Positions 39,333-49,387 of a DNA stretch of 64,000 bases are shown in pieces. The stretch's first letter is position 1; each line of letters starts with the position of its first letter. The notes under the pieces are model-generated. The model searched no databases and had not been told where the DNA came from. It was given only the letters and a program-made list of their open reading frames with translations. A program made the position numbers and the translations under genes. This DNA is from an uncultured Acidobacteriaceae bacterium (GTDB lineage: Bacteria > Acidobacteriota > Terriglobia > Terriglobales > Acidobacteriaceae): contig CAVOTW010000031.1 of assembly GCA_963699405.1 (NCBI GenBank), positions 146,571 to 210,570 on the forward strand, read 5' to 3'.

Positions 39333-40582
39333 TTAGTGAACATGCTCACTCGTGGCCGCAGCCTGCGTCGTCGGACTGGCCTGATGTTCGTCGCTCGGAT
39401 GTTCCAGGATATCGAAGAGACGGTCGGCAACAATCTGGTTGCCCTCCGACTTCAGGTGCGAAATGCCAACATAGAGCGAAGCCTTCTGATCATCCAGCAG
39501 ATCCCCCAGATAGACAAGGCCCGGAGGATTCAGTTCGCGCGCCCGTTTATAGACTGCCTCATACATCTCGCCCATGCCCGGATACTTCTTGTATTCCACG
39601 GCCAGCGTCTGCTGCTCGTCGGGCGTGAGTTCTTTGTGGCTGACTGCCATGTTCGGATACCAGGCAAAAATCGCGCGGAAACCGAACTGTTTCCCCAGCG
39701 CGTTAATCATCTCCATGTTCTGAACGTAATTGCGCACCACGTCGTCCGCCATCGCCGTGGGGTCGGGGCTCGCGACCGCTGCCACCTTCAGCTTGCGGTG
39801 GAAGGGAGCCTCCGCGGCAATTTTGTCGAGCAAGTGATACGTGTTGGTCTGGCTGAAGTAGGAAAAATGCGCCTTCTGGCCCGCTCCCCATTTATCCAGA
39901 AAATTCTTAAACGAAGTGTAGTTGCTGTGCACGTCCGCCTGGCGGCTCTGGTATGCGGTAAAGGCCTCGGTGCCGCCGTCGTAGAAGAGCACAACATCCG
40001 GCCTGCGGCTGGCGTGTTTTAGTCCTTCCATCATGCCGATCAGTTCTTGCGTGTTCGACCAACCCTTTTCGGCATAGTTCACGATGCAAACCGGCGCGGC
40101 CCGCTTTTTCATAATCGGCGGCAATCAGCGACGGGATGGTTTCTGCGTCGGGCGCGCCCGCGCCCCACATTACCGAATCGCCAAACATCCAGATGGTGAA
40201 AGTCTTGTCGTCGCAGCGCGTGTGCAGGGTTCGCCGCACGCCTTCGTCGTTGATCGAAATCACCTCGCCCTGATAAGGTTTCCGGCGCCACAGGACCCAT
40301 GGGTAATACGTGATTTTGTTGGCCTGCGCGAATTCCTTCCGGTATTCGCGTTCGGCGGGGCTTGCTTTCTGGGCCTGTTCGAGGTTGGCTGCCAGTTCCA
40401 TGACATCGCTGGCGGCGGGGAGGTAACGAAAATACGAATAGATTTCGCCGGCTACCAGCAGACCCACGCACAGCGTCACGGCGATGCAAAGGCGAACGGC
40501 GAATTGCTTGAGAAGGGGCGTGTATTGCGCAGCGGACGGCCTGGCGACTCTCCACCGTCGGATCGCTCGCGGTTAACGGCAC
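39333..40582 (-). pseudogene. Membrane-anchored SGNH/DltD-like protein (paralog 2); two frameshifts
   Basis: Colinear with 26758-28056: TIWMFGDSVMWGAGAPDAETIPSLIAADYEKAG (ORF 39907-40479), then PVCIVNYAEKGWSNTQEL... (ORF 39333-40124). The N-terminus MPLTASDPTVESRQ (ATG 40582) is in a third frame. Junctions lie at about 40088-40096 and about 40535-40550. Confidence 0.7.
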
Positions 40583-40676
40583 AAACGGCTCAGCCTCGTT
40601 TTTCGCCTCGTCGTTGTGGTGAATGCTAGCATAGCGTCACTTCTTCTCAAAAACCCGCTCGTAACCAGCGCCACAG

Positions 40677-42168
40677 CTAGAACAGGGCATACATTACCGG
40701 TCCGGTTTCGGCGTGGCCGGGTTGGAAAATTACGCTCAAATAGAGTGCCAGCACCACCACCACGGGAGTGATCCACACCCAGCGTTCGTTGGCCATGATG
40801 CCGAGCCAACTTGATAGCGCGCCCGGCGCGGTTTCCTGGCGTCTGCTGCGCGGCTTCTCCTAAACGATCGAGAAGGACCGTGCCGCCGATGACCGCGAAA
40901 TACCCGACCGTCGCGACCAGCGTCAGCACATAAAAGCTGGGATCGAACGAGCGATGCAGATAACCGTGCGGCGAAACCAGTCCCTTCAGCATGGCGACGG
41001 CTTGGCGGATGCTTTCCGCGCGAAAGAAAATGTAGCCGATGCAGACGGCGGAAAACGTCAGCGCCCAGGAGATGGCGGTGGCCACGGCGCCGGTCCATTC
41101 GAAGCCCACGCGCTTGCGGAACTCCTGCCATTGCCGGTGCAGGACCAGCAAGATGCCGTGGTAGGTGCCCCAGAACAAGAGCAGGACGTTTCCCTTTTCC
41201 GACGGTGTAATGTGCCACACGCCGAAAACAAACATGGCGATTACGAGCGAAAGGTTGCGCCACCACACTTCGCGGCGCGCAGTCGCTAGCGGCAGAAACA
41301 GAAAGTCGCGAATCCAGAACGACAGCGACATGTGCCACCGCGTCCAGAACTCCGAGATCGTGGTGGAGAGATACGGGCGATTAAAGTTCTCCTGCAACTG
41401 GAGCCCGAACAGCCGCGCCGCGCCAATCACGATATGAGTGATTCCGCAGAAGTTGAAGTAGAGCTGGAATCCATAACCGAGAATCATGCACCAGACGTCG
41501 ATTCCGCTCAGGTGTGCGGCATGGTTGCTGAAAGCCGCTTCCACGCCCGCTCCCGTGTAGAGCCCTCCGGCCATGACGTTGCCGAGATATACCATCATGC
41601 TGCCGATCGCTATGCGGCGCACGCCGGTCTTCAAATCGTCAGCGCTCGCCGACCACTCCTGGCGGAATTGCGGCAACATGGCTGACATCCGGCAGATCGG
41701 GCCCTTGGAGAACCGTCGGCCAAAACGACATGTAGAGGCAAAACTCCAGCAGGGTCGGGTTCAACTCTTCTTCGCGATAGAGCTCCAGCAGATAACTCAT
41801 CGCCTGGAACGTCCAGAAGGAGATGCCAGCGGGGAACAGGATTCGCTTGACCAGCAAGAGCGGCGAACCGGCTGGCGCGACATTGCCCAGCAAGGGCAGG
41901 TACTTGAAAACACTCAGCAGGGCGATGTTGAAGAGGAGTCCCGTCCACAGCCGGCTTGCGCTGATTCGCTTTTTCAGCCACTCGCCCAAGGCGTAGTTCA
42001 CCAGCGAGCTGAACAGCAGCACGACGATGAGCCACGATCCCCAGCTTATGTAGAAAAGCCAACTGGCAACCAGGTAAAGCACTTGCCGGGCGGTGACGAG
42101 CGGGTCCGCATGGCCACCAACCACACCACTACGATCCCGATTGCATAGGCGATAAGTTTTGTCGTCAT
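40677..42168 (-). pseudogene. MBOAT family O-acyltransferase (DltB/AlgI-like); about three frameshifts
   Basis: FWTRWHMSLSFWIRDFLFLPL (MBOAT His motif) lies in ORF 40573-41688 and the N-terminal TMs lie in ORF 41639-42124. My translation gives the C-terminal TM tail SSWLGIMANERWVWITPVVVVLALYLSVIFQPGHAETGPVMYALF-stop (stop at 40677-40679) in a third frame, and a possible N-terminus MTTKLIAYAIGIVVVWLV from ATG 42168. Junctions lie at about 40822-40832, about 41698-41704 and about 42112-42124. Confidence 0.8.
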
Positions 42169-42661
42169 GGATGGTTCGTCGAATCCCTGGAAATCATCCT
42201 TGGAATTGTTAAGAAGTATGAATATTCGGCAGCTGTACCGGCATGTTTCATGCTCTCGCGGGGATTGCAGGTTGTCAACCTATCGACGGTTGGCGAATCG
42301 GTACGAGCCCTTCCGGAGAAATCGTCAGGACGGTGCCCATTCTCACCCGAGGGCCGAAGGCCTACATCACGCCAGCGACAGAAAACTCTTTCTGGCTTTG
42401 GTACGTCCGTGTGCGGCTTTCCCCGTAGAACATACCGCTTTACTATGTTTGCCCCACGCTTCACTGGGCTTGTGCATTCCCGCCAAGGCATGTTGGCAAG
42501 TAGTGCCCATAGATTACCGATGGTGTGGGCAAATACTTTTCCCATTAGTCCGCAATGTGGTAACGTGGAGGGCAAGATCGTTTCGTGGAGGATATCCCTC
42601 GCAAGTTGTTGAAACATTGGGTATAGATCGTTCCAGCGACGGGCTCGAATTTTACCCTGAT

Positions 42662-42677
42662 TGGCAGCACGTGTGCT
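42662..42677 (+). promoter_or_regulatory. Candidate sigma54-type -24/-12 promoter
   Basis: TGGCAGCACGTGTGCT has GG (42663-42664) and GC (42675-42676) in the canonical register. It lies about 85 nt upstream of ATG 42762. Motif match only. Confidence 0.3.
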
Positions 42678-42761
42678 CTACCGGTCGAGTAGCCCTTTGT
42701 CCAAGACGTCGACCCCCGCTGTCTTGGCCGCAAAAATCGCAAAGCGGAAAAGAAATTAGGA

Positions 42762-43707
42762 ATGGATCTGGATAATACCGAAATCCTGGCAACTGCCGTA
42801 ACCCCGCAAAACGGCGGCGGCGCTCGCGTCTGGCTGGAGAGCGTCAGCGCCGGCATGCGCACCGTCGAAGCAGTGATCCGCGAGTTGTCGCAGAATGACG
42901 TTCCGGTGCTGGTCGTGGCCGAGCACGGTTCGGGCAAGGCGGCAGCAGCGGCCCGCATTCATGCTCTTTCGCGGCGCGCGGCGGATCCGTTTCAGGTCTA
43001 TCAGGGTGGCGAAACCAGCGCAGAGATTCTGGCTGGCTCGCGATGGTCGAAGGTGGAACCGTCTATCTTCAGGAAGTGGGGATCTTACACCGGAGGCGCA
43101 GAGAGAGCTGGTTCGCCAGATCGGTTTGAGTGGCAGTGGTGCTGGCGACGCACAGCGCCGTGTTCCTCGGTTCATCTGTGGAACCTCCCGCGAACTCGAG
43201 CCCGAGGTCAAGGCGGGCAAGTTCCGCGAGGACCTATATTATGGAATCAGCGGAGTCTGTTTGCGGCTGCCTCCTTTGCGGCAGCGGAAAGAAGACATTC
43301 CCGTTTTGCGCGATTGGTTTCTCTCGGCTGCTGCGCGTGATTTTTGCCGGGCCGTGCCGATGCTCAGCGCCGAAACGCAAAGCTTTTTCCTGGAGTACAG
43401 CTGGCCGGGAAACATTCGCGAACTGAAGGATGCGGCACGAGCCATTGTCGCGCTGGGAGATGAAGCGTTGGCCATGGGAGGATTACGGTCTCTTTTGCGC
43501 CGTGTGCAACCCGGGGGCAACGGAGAGAAGATTTCTTTGAAGGACGCGGCGCGTGCCGCCTCTCGCGAGGCCGAGAGGGAGATCATTCTGCAGGTGTTGA
43601 CGCGTACGCGCTGGAACCGGCGCAGGGCTGCGCAGGAGTTGCAGATCAGCTATAAGGCGCTTCTGTACAAGCTAAAACAGATTGGGTGCGAAGAGTACGG
43701 AGCCTGA
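42762..43707 (+). pseudogene. NtrC-family AAA+/Fis-HTH regulator lacking a receiver domain and apparently lacking the GAFTGA loop; two frameshifts
   Basis: Degenerate Walker A PVLVVAEHGSGKAAAAARIH (frame of 42762). Walker B region AMVEGGTVYLQEVG is readable only in a third frame (43043-43081). DLTPEAQRELV...REDLYYGISGVCLRLPPLRQRKEDIPVL...SWPGNIRELK...RWNRRRAAQELQISYKALLYKLKQ is in ORF 42895-43707. Junctions lie at about 43030-43042 and 43078-43082 (a G run). Confidence 0.7.
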
Positions 43708-43769
43708 AACAGCGAATCTAATTTCTTAAAAACTTCGAAACCTGAGAGGAAACTAGAGGAACAGAAGAT

Positions 43770-44426
43770 ATGAAATCGACATGGAAAGGGGTGGTTGCGG
43801 CACTGGTCCTGATTAGCGGGATGGCGTGGGCGCAGGATGAGGCTGCCCAGCCCGCGGAGAATCCGGCGCCGGCCAGTCTCGCTTCCGACAAGACCGTTGC
43901 CGACAAGACCGTTTCTGACAAAACCACCAGGAATGCCAGCCAGGCTGGACCTGATTATGTCATCGGCCCGGATGATGTGCTCCACGTCGCGGTGTGGAAA
44001 GAAGCCGACCTAACCGCAACTTTGCCAGTGCGTCCCGATGGCAAGATCTCTCTTCCCTTGCTCAACGACGTGCAAGCCGCGGGTCTGACGCCCGAGCAGT
44101 TGGCGGGTGTGGTGACGGAGAAGCTGAGGAAATACATCGCGGACCCCCACGTTACGGTGGTGGTGGCGACGATTAACAGCAAACGGATTTATCTGGTCGG
44201 CGAGGTATTGCGGCCAGGAGCTGCGACGATGCTGCCGAACATGACCGTTCTGCAAGCATTGGCCAGCGCCGGAATTAACCAGTATGCCAAGACGAAGGGC
44301 ATCTATGTCCTGCGTACTGAGAACGGCAAACAGCAGAAACTGCCGGTAAACTACCGCAAGCTGGTCAAGGGTGATCTGGCACAGAATTACGAACTGCAGC
44401 CGGGAGACACGATTGTCGTGCCGTAA
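43770..44426 (+). CDS. Polysaccharide export protein (Wza/Poly_export + SLBB type)
   Basis: Signal peptide MKSTWKGVVAALVLISGMAWAQ. Motifs YVIGPDDVLHVAVW...VRPDGKISLPLLNDVQAAGLTPEQL and LQPGDTIVVP. Confidence 0.85.
   Translation: MKSTWKGVVAALVLISGMAWAQDEAAQPAENPAPASLASDKTVADKTVSDKTTRNASQAGPDYVIGPDDVLHVAVWKEADLTATLPVRPDGKISLPLLNDVQAAGLTPEQLAGVVTEKLRKYIADPHVTVVVATINSKRIYLVGEVLRPGAATMLPNMTVLQALASAGINQYAKTKGIYVLRTENGKQQKLPVNYRKLVKGDLAQNYELQPGDTIVVP
43887..43931 (+). repeat. Tandem repeat, 15 bp x 3 (imperfect), in the exporter N-terminal linker
   Basis: GACAAGACCGTTGCC, GACAAGACCGTTTCT and GACAAAACCACCAGG, encoding DKTVA DKTVS DKTTR. Confidence 0.7.
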
Positions 44427-44464
44427 AGGAACGCAGTCGCGATAAGGATTTGCGGGTGAAGAGC

Positions 44465-45877
44465 ATGGGAAAAATTCAAACAATCCGCCTGGCGCTGCTG
44501 GTTCTCGGCATGAGCGTCGGCTTGGCCGCCCAGAGCAATCCGCCGGCTCAGCCGGACACGACTCCGGCGCCGGCTTTCGGCCAGAACGCACCCGTGCTGA
44601 ACCCTGAGAATCCTCCGGTTACGGGACTGGACGAGCCTTCACTCGATCTGCGCACTGCGAGCCGCAGCTTCATCTCGGACGGCGCGTGCAGGTGAGCGAA
44701 TCGGCGGACACGAACGGGTCCAACCAACTCGGCAACAGTGGCGTGCAGTCGGTCAGCCGCATTATCGGGGCTCTCGATCTGCAACAGTTCTGGCCCAAGA
44801 GCGATCTCTTTCTCGAGTACATCGGCGGCGGAGCCTTTTATAGCACGCCTTTTGACGTCAGGCAATACAAGCCGTCGGCTTCGAAGGCGTCACGCGCTGG
44901 CGAACCGGCGAGGTGGCGGTTCGTGACGCCTTCAGTTATCTGCCCGACGGTTCCTTCGAAATCGGCGCCTTTGGTGGCGCCCCGGGGTTCGGGATTGCGA
45001 CTGGCGGCGGCAGCGGAATGGCGGGGCGGTAGCCTTGCCGGGCACCCATCTTTTCGGCGGCGGTCTGTTTGGCGCAGTGGGAAATACTCCGCGGCTCACG
45101 AACATGGCGATTATCGACGCGGTGCAAGCGATAAGTCCGCGTATCTGCGATCACGGTCTGCAGGCGGATTCAGCAACGCTCATTTCTTCGACCCCACTGA
45201 TCAATCTGATCAACAGCGACGCGGTCACCGTTGAAGGCCGGCTACACTCGTCTCATCGGCCGTCGCGATCAGATCGGCGCGGTCTACGCTTTTCAGCTGT
45301 TTCAATTTCCGCAGGATACCGGCGGCCAGATTTATATCAACATTATTAACGGGCGCTGGAGCCACACCATCACCGGCAAGTTGAGCATGCTGGTTTCAGC
45401 CGGTCCGCAATACACCGAGCTGGAACAGGGTGGCTACCTCGGGCGTTGGTCGCTGAGCGCGCGGGCCCAGTTGCGCTATAAGATGGGGTCACGCGGACGT
45501 GCTCGCTTCCTACGAAAAATTTACTTCGACCGGATCCGGCTTCTACGTCGGCTCCAATGTCCAGGCGGCTCGGCTCGGCTACATACGCCCATTTGGACGC
45601 ACTTGGGTTTTCTATGGCGACTTGGGCTATGCCCATAACACCAGAATGCAGACCACGGGGAATGCAATTGGTGCGGGCAGCTACGACGCAGGTTCCGCTT
45701 CCGCGATTGTCCGCAAGCACATGGGACGCACTTAGGAATTCATTGCGGGCTATCGCTTCGGCGAGGAGGGCTTCAGTGTCCCGATTTGCGCTGTTAGGCT
45801 CCTGCGGCAGGATTTCGCAGCGGCAAGTGGGCGGCATTGGGTTGGAATGGCATCCAACGCCGACACGGATCGAATAA
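44465..45877 (+). pseudogene. Outer-membrane beta-barrel protein of the PEP-CTERM-locus type; heavily disrupted (at least 7 frame changes plus one in-frame TAG)
   Basis: Signal peptide MGKIQTIRLALLVLGMSVGLAAQ. Beta-strand-like segments are scattered over all three frames: QVSESADTNGSNQLGNSG...LFLEYIGGGAFY, QAVGFEGVTRWRTGEVAVRDAFSYLPDGSFEIGAFGG, LFGGGLFGAVGNTPRLTNMAII, AGYTRLIGRRDQIGAVYAFQLFQF...SLSARAQLRY, LASYEKFTSTGSGFYVGSNVQAARLGYIRPFGRTWVFYGDLGYAHN, EFIAGYRFGEEGFS and GGIGLEWHPTPTRIE-stop at 45877. Confidence 0.55.
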
Positions 45878-45915
45878 TTTTTGGCCGCTCCATGCGGCCG
45901 GATTGGTGAACAGCT

Positions 45916-47508
45916 ATGAGCGAACGCGAACTGACGACAGACGATTATCTGGCAATGCTACGGCGGCGCCTGAAGGTGATTTTGATTCCAGCCCTGGTGG
46001 CCCCGCTGACGGGCTTTCTGGTCTCTTATGAACTTCCGGCGAGATACACCTCTACGTCGCTTGTTCTGGTGGATGGCCAGAAGGTGCCTGACCAGTACGT
46101 CCAGTCGGTCATCGCCGCTGACTTTGCGCAACGCGTGCAAAGTCTCCAGGAGCGTGTCCTGACCCCCAAATTTCTGCGTCCCATAATTCAGGGCTTGGAG
46201 ACAACTGACCCAAAGTTATTCAAGGCCGCCGACGAAGGCAAGCTGATGTCCGGCATCGCACAAAGTGTGCAAATTCAGCCGGTGACATCGTCGATGAGCG
46301 CGGCGGCGGCAGCTGCCGCCAAGAAAAAACCAACGGGGGGCAGCGAATCAGTGCCGGGCTTTAATGTCACGTACACCGACGACAACGGCGTCCGAGCCCA
46401 AAAGATTTGCAACGCTGTGGCCAACCTGATGGTGGACGAGAACCTGATCTCTCGTTCCGAGGTCGCGGGCGAGACTACCAAGTTTCTCGACGCCCAAATC
46501 GAGGCCGCTCAGAAGAATCTTGACGAGCACGATAAAGCGCTCGCCGAGTTCAAGCAAAAATATATGGGTCAGTTGCCCACGGACGTGGACAACAATATGC
46601 GCATGTTGATGACGCTAAACACGCAGCTCGATGCAACGACCCAGACCCTCGCCCGAGCCCAGCAGGATAAGACCTACACCGAGAGCATGCTGGCGCAGCA
46701 ACTTGCCACTTGGAAGAGTTCGCTGGCAAGCGAAAACCCGCAGACCCTCCAGCAGGCATTAACCCAGCTGAATGGACAATTGATGCAACTGCAGGCGCGC
46801 TATACGGACGATTACCCGGACGTGATCAAGACCAAGGCTGATATCGCCGAGGTGCAGAAAAAGCTGAAACAGATTAACGCGGCGGCTGCGTCTCCGAGCA
46901 CGACGGATAGCGGCGAGACGTCCGTCGCCAACGCCGAACCCCCAGAAATTCGCCAGATGCGCGTCCAGCTTCACCAGTACCAAACCGTGATCGAGCAAGC
47001 GGCCCTTGATCAAAAGAAGCTGCAAGCCTCGATTAACAAATACCAGGCGAGCACCGCCATGAGCCCGACTATCGAGGAGCAATACAAGGAGCTCACGCGC
47101 GACAACGATACTGCCCAGGCGTTCTACAGGGACCTGCTGGCAAAGAGGAGCTCAGCGGGAGTTGGCGTCAGCATGGAGAACGCTCAAGAAGGCGAGCAGA
47201 TGCACGTCGCGGCCCCTGCCAACCTGCCGGAGGCTCCCAGCTTCCCCGTGCCCCCGCTGTTGGCCGCAGCCGGCGGGGGCGTTGGCTTGGCCTTCGGCGT
47301 TCTGATCGCGGTCTTTCTGGAATTCAGCGACAAGTCGATCCGAACCGAAAAGGACGCTGCCGCCGCCATGGATCTTCCCTTGCTGATTTCCGTGCCGTGG
47401 CTCGGAGATGATGACGAGCACACAGGCGCCAACAGCAACGGAAGACGCCGCTTCTGGGGCCGTCGTGATAACGCCGCGCCCGAAGATCATGAGCGTGTAG
47501 AGGTCTAG
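45916..47508 (+). CDS. Polysaccharide chain-length determinant (Wzz/GumC-like, PEP-CTERM-locus subfamily)
   Basis: N-terminal TM after LAMLRRRLKVILIPALVAPLTGFLV, a long coiled-coil middle, and a C-terminal TM PPLLAAAGGGVGLAFGVLIAVFLEF. Confidence 0.8.
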   Translation: MSERELTTDDYLAMLRRRLKVILIPALVAPLTGFLVSYELPARYTSTSLVLVDGQKVPDQYVQSVIAADFAQRVQSLQERVLTPKFLRPIIQGLETTDPKLFKAADEGKLMSGIAQSVQIQPVTSSMSAAAAAAAKKKPTGGSESVPGFNVTYTDDNGVRAQKICNAVANLMVDENLISRSEVAGETTKFLDAQIEAAQKNLDEHDKALAEFKQKYMGQLPTDVDNNMRMLMTLNTQLDATTQTLARAQQDKTYTESMLAQQLATWKSSLASENPQTLQQALTQLNGQLMQLQARYTDDYPDVIKTKADIAEVQKKLKQINAAAASPSTTDSGETSVANAEPPEIRQMRVQLHQYQTVIEQAALDQKKLQASINKYQASTAMSPTIEEQYKELTRDNDTAQAFYRDLLAKRSSAGVGVSMENAQEGEQMHVAAPANLPEAPSFPVPPLLAAAGGGVGLAFGVLIAVFLEFSDKSIRTEKDAAAAMDLPLLISVPWLGDDDEHTGANSNGRRRFWGRRDNAAPEDHERVEV

Positions 47509-47516
47509 GCCAAACC

Positions 47517-48470
47517 ATGTACAAAGAATTTTTTGGACTTCGTGCCAACCCGTTCAACGTTAATCCGGACCCGCGCTACCTGTTTCTCACGCGGCACACC
47601 GAAGAGGCGTTGGCTTGCCTTACCTATGGCATCCAAAGCCGCAAGGGCTTCGTGCTGCTGACCGGCGAGGTGGGCACGGGCAAAACGACGCTGATCAACA
47701 AATTGATGGAGTGGCTGCGCATGCAGCAGGTAGCCACCGCCTTTATTTTCAACTCCCGCATGGATGTGCCCCAATTCCTCGATTTCATGATGGCGGATTT
47801 CGGCATTCCCTGCGATGGTCAGTCGAAGAGCCAGGTCCTCCAGCGTCTCTACAACTGGCTGCTCGATCGCTATCGGGCGGGGGAGACAGCGGTGCTGGTC
47901 GTCGACGAGGCCCAGAACCTCACCGACGAAGTGCTGGAGGAGATCCGCATGCTCACCAATCTCGAGACCTTTACCGAGAAGCTCATGCAGATCGTCCTTG
48001 TCGGACAGCCCGAACTCGAACAGCGCTTGAAGCAACCGCAGTTACGCCAATTGCGTCAGCGCCTGACGCTGCGCGCCAAAACGCACGCTTTCAATCTTGA
48101 GGAAACCAAGTCCTATATCGTCCAGCGTCTCCGCATCGCCGGGTCGAATGGCGAGCCGATCTTCGAACCCGAAGCGACCGTTGCGCTTTTCCGTTATTCC
48201 CTGGGTATTCCGCGCATCATCAATCTGCTCTGCGAGCACTGCCTGGTCAGCGCCTTCGTGGATCAGAAGAAGACCGTCTCTGCCGAGGTCGTCGATTCCG
48301 TGGCTCGTGATTTCGATCTGGCCGATGGCAACGCTGGCGCGGCGATGATTGCTCCGGTTCCGCCCTCGGAAAAGTTTGATCTGGTCGAAGCCTTGCGCAC
48401 CCTGGCAACCTTGGCCGACCGGTTGCGCCAATCAGAACAACAGGATCTCCCCAAGGAAGGGAAACTATGA
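47517..48470 (+). CDS. ExeA-like AAA ATPase (PEP-CTERM-system-associated ATPase type)
   Basis: FGLRANPFNVNPDPRYLF, Walker A LLTGEVGTGKTTL and Walker B VLVVDEAQNL. Confidence 0.8.
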   Translation: MYKEFFGLRANPFNVNPDPRYLFLTRHTEEALACLTYGIQSRKGFVLLTGEVGTGKTTLINKLMEWLRMQQVATAFIFNSRMDVPQFLDFMMADFGIPCDGQSKSQVLQRLYNWLLDRYRAGETAVLVVDEAQNLTDEVLEEIRMLTNLETFTEKLMQIVLVGQPELEQRLKQPQLRQLRQRLTLRAKTHAFNLEETKSYIVQRLRIAGSNGEPIFEPEATVALFRYSLGIPRIINLLCEHCLVSAFVDQKKTVSAEVVDSVARDFDLADGNAGAAMIAPVPPSEKFDLVEALRTLATLADRLRQSEQQDLPKEGKL

Positions 48471-49370
48471 GCCGCATCCATGACGCTTTAAAACGCGCCG
48501 AACAAGAAAGAGCAACCTCCACGGGGACGCACGTCGAACCCACTTTGGATCAATCAGAAGTGGCACACGACAGCATGCCCGCGCTGCAAACAACGCTCCA
48601 ATCCTCGCCCAGCACCACGATGTCAGGCTCGGGCGCGGGGTTGAATTACGAAGCGCTGCTGGCGCGCTGTCCGCAGAGCGAATGGAGTCCCGATCCGCGC
48701 ACCATGCTCTTCTTTCAGGAAGACGATAGCCGCCTCGGTGCGGAAGAGTTCCGGACGCTACGCTCGCGCCTTTACCAGATCCGCGAAAAGATGCCGCTGA
48801 AGCGTCTGCTCGTCACCAGCGCGCTGCCCAAGGAAGGGAAGTCTTTCGTGGCTGCCAATCTCGCCCAGGTCATGGTGCGGCAGCACGGCCGTCGCGCTCT
48901 GATGATCGACGCCGATCTGCGCAATCCAGGCATGCACCGCCATTTCGGAGTGAAGCAATCGCCGGGCTTGTCCGAATACCTGTTGGGCGAATGCGATGAG
49001 TTTGCCGCGCCTGCAACGCGGGGCCATGGAAAACCTGTTCTTCCTGCCCGCGGGCCGCTCCGTTGCGAGCGCCCCCGAACTGCTCGCCAACGGCCGTCTA
49101 AAGCTGTTCCTGCAGCGGGTCGAGCCTTTGTTCGATTGGATCATTCTCGACTCTTCGCCCGTCATCCCCGTATCGGATGCCACTTTGGTCGCCGGTGCGT
49201 GCGATGGCATTCTCATGGTCGTGCGCTCTGCCGTGACACCTGCCGATTTGGCTCGACGTGCCCGGGAAGAATTCCCCGACAAACTGCTGCTCGGAGTTGT
49301 GCTGAACGGATCCGAAAAATTGCAGCGTTCCAAGTACTACTATGGCGAGGCCGTGACCAGCCCTGCCTGA
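48467..49370 (+). pseudogene. Tyrosine-kinase-like P-loop ATPase (BY-kinase/EpsG type); one frameshift
   Basis: Walker A-like LVTSALPKEGKSFVAANLA and ALMIDADLRNP (ORF 48467-), then NLFFLPAGR...DWIILDSSPV...DGILMVVR (ORF 48996-49370). The junction is at about 48990-49000. Confidence 0.75.
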
Positions 49371-49387
49371 GATGAACCGAGGTCCCA

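Noticed and set aside
42167-42775. 202-codon plus-strand ORF filling the spacer between the MBOAT gene and the regulator.
   Set aside because: Its product is Arg/Cys/Trp-rich with no motif. It overlaps the regulator start and the sigma54-like motif. The region is better explained as a non-coding divergent promoter region.
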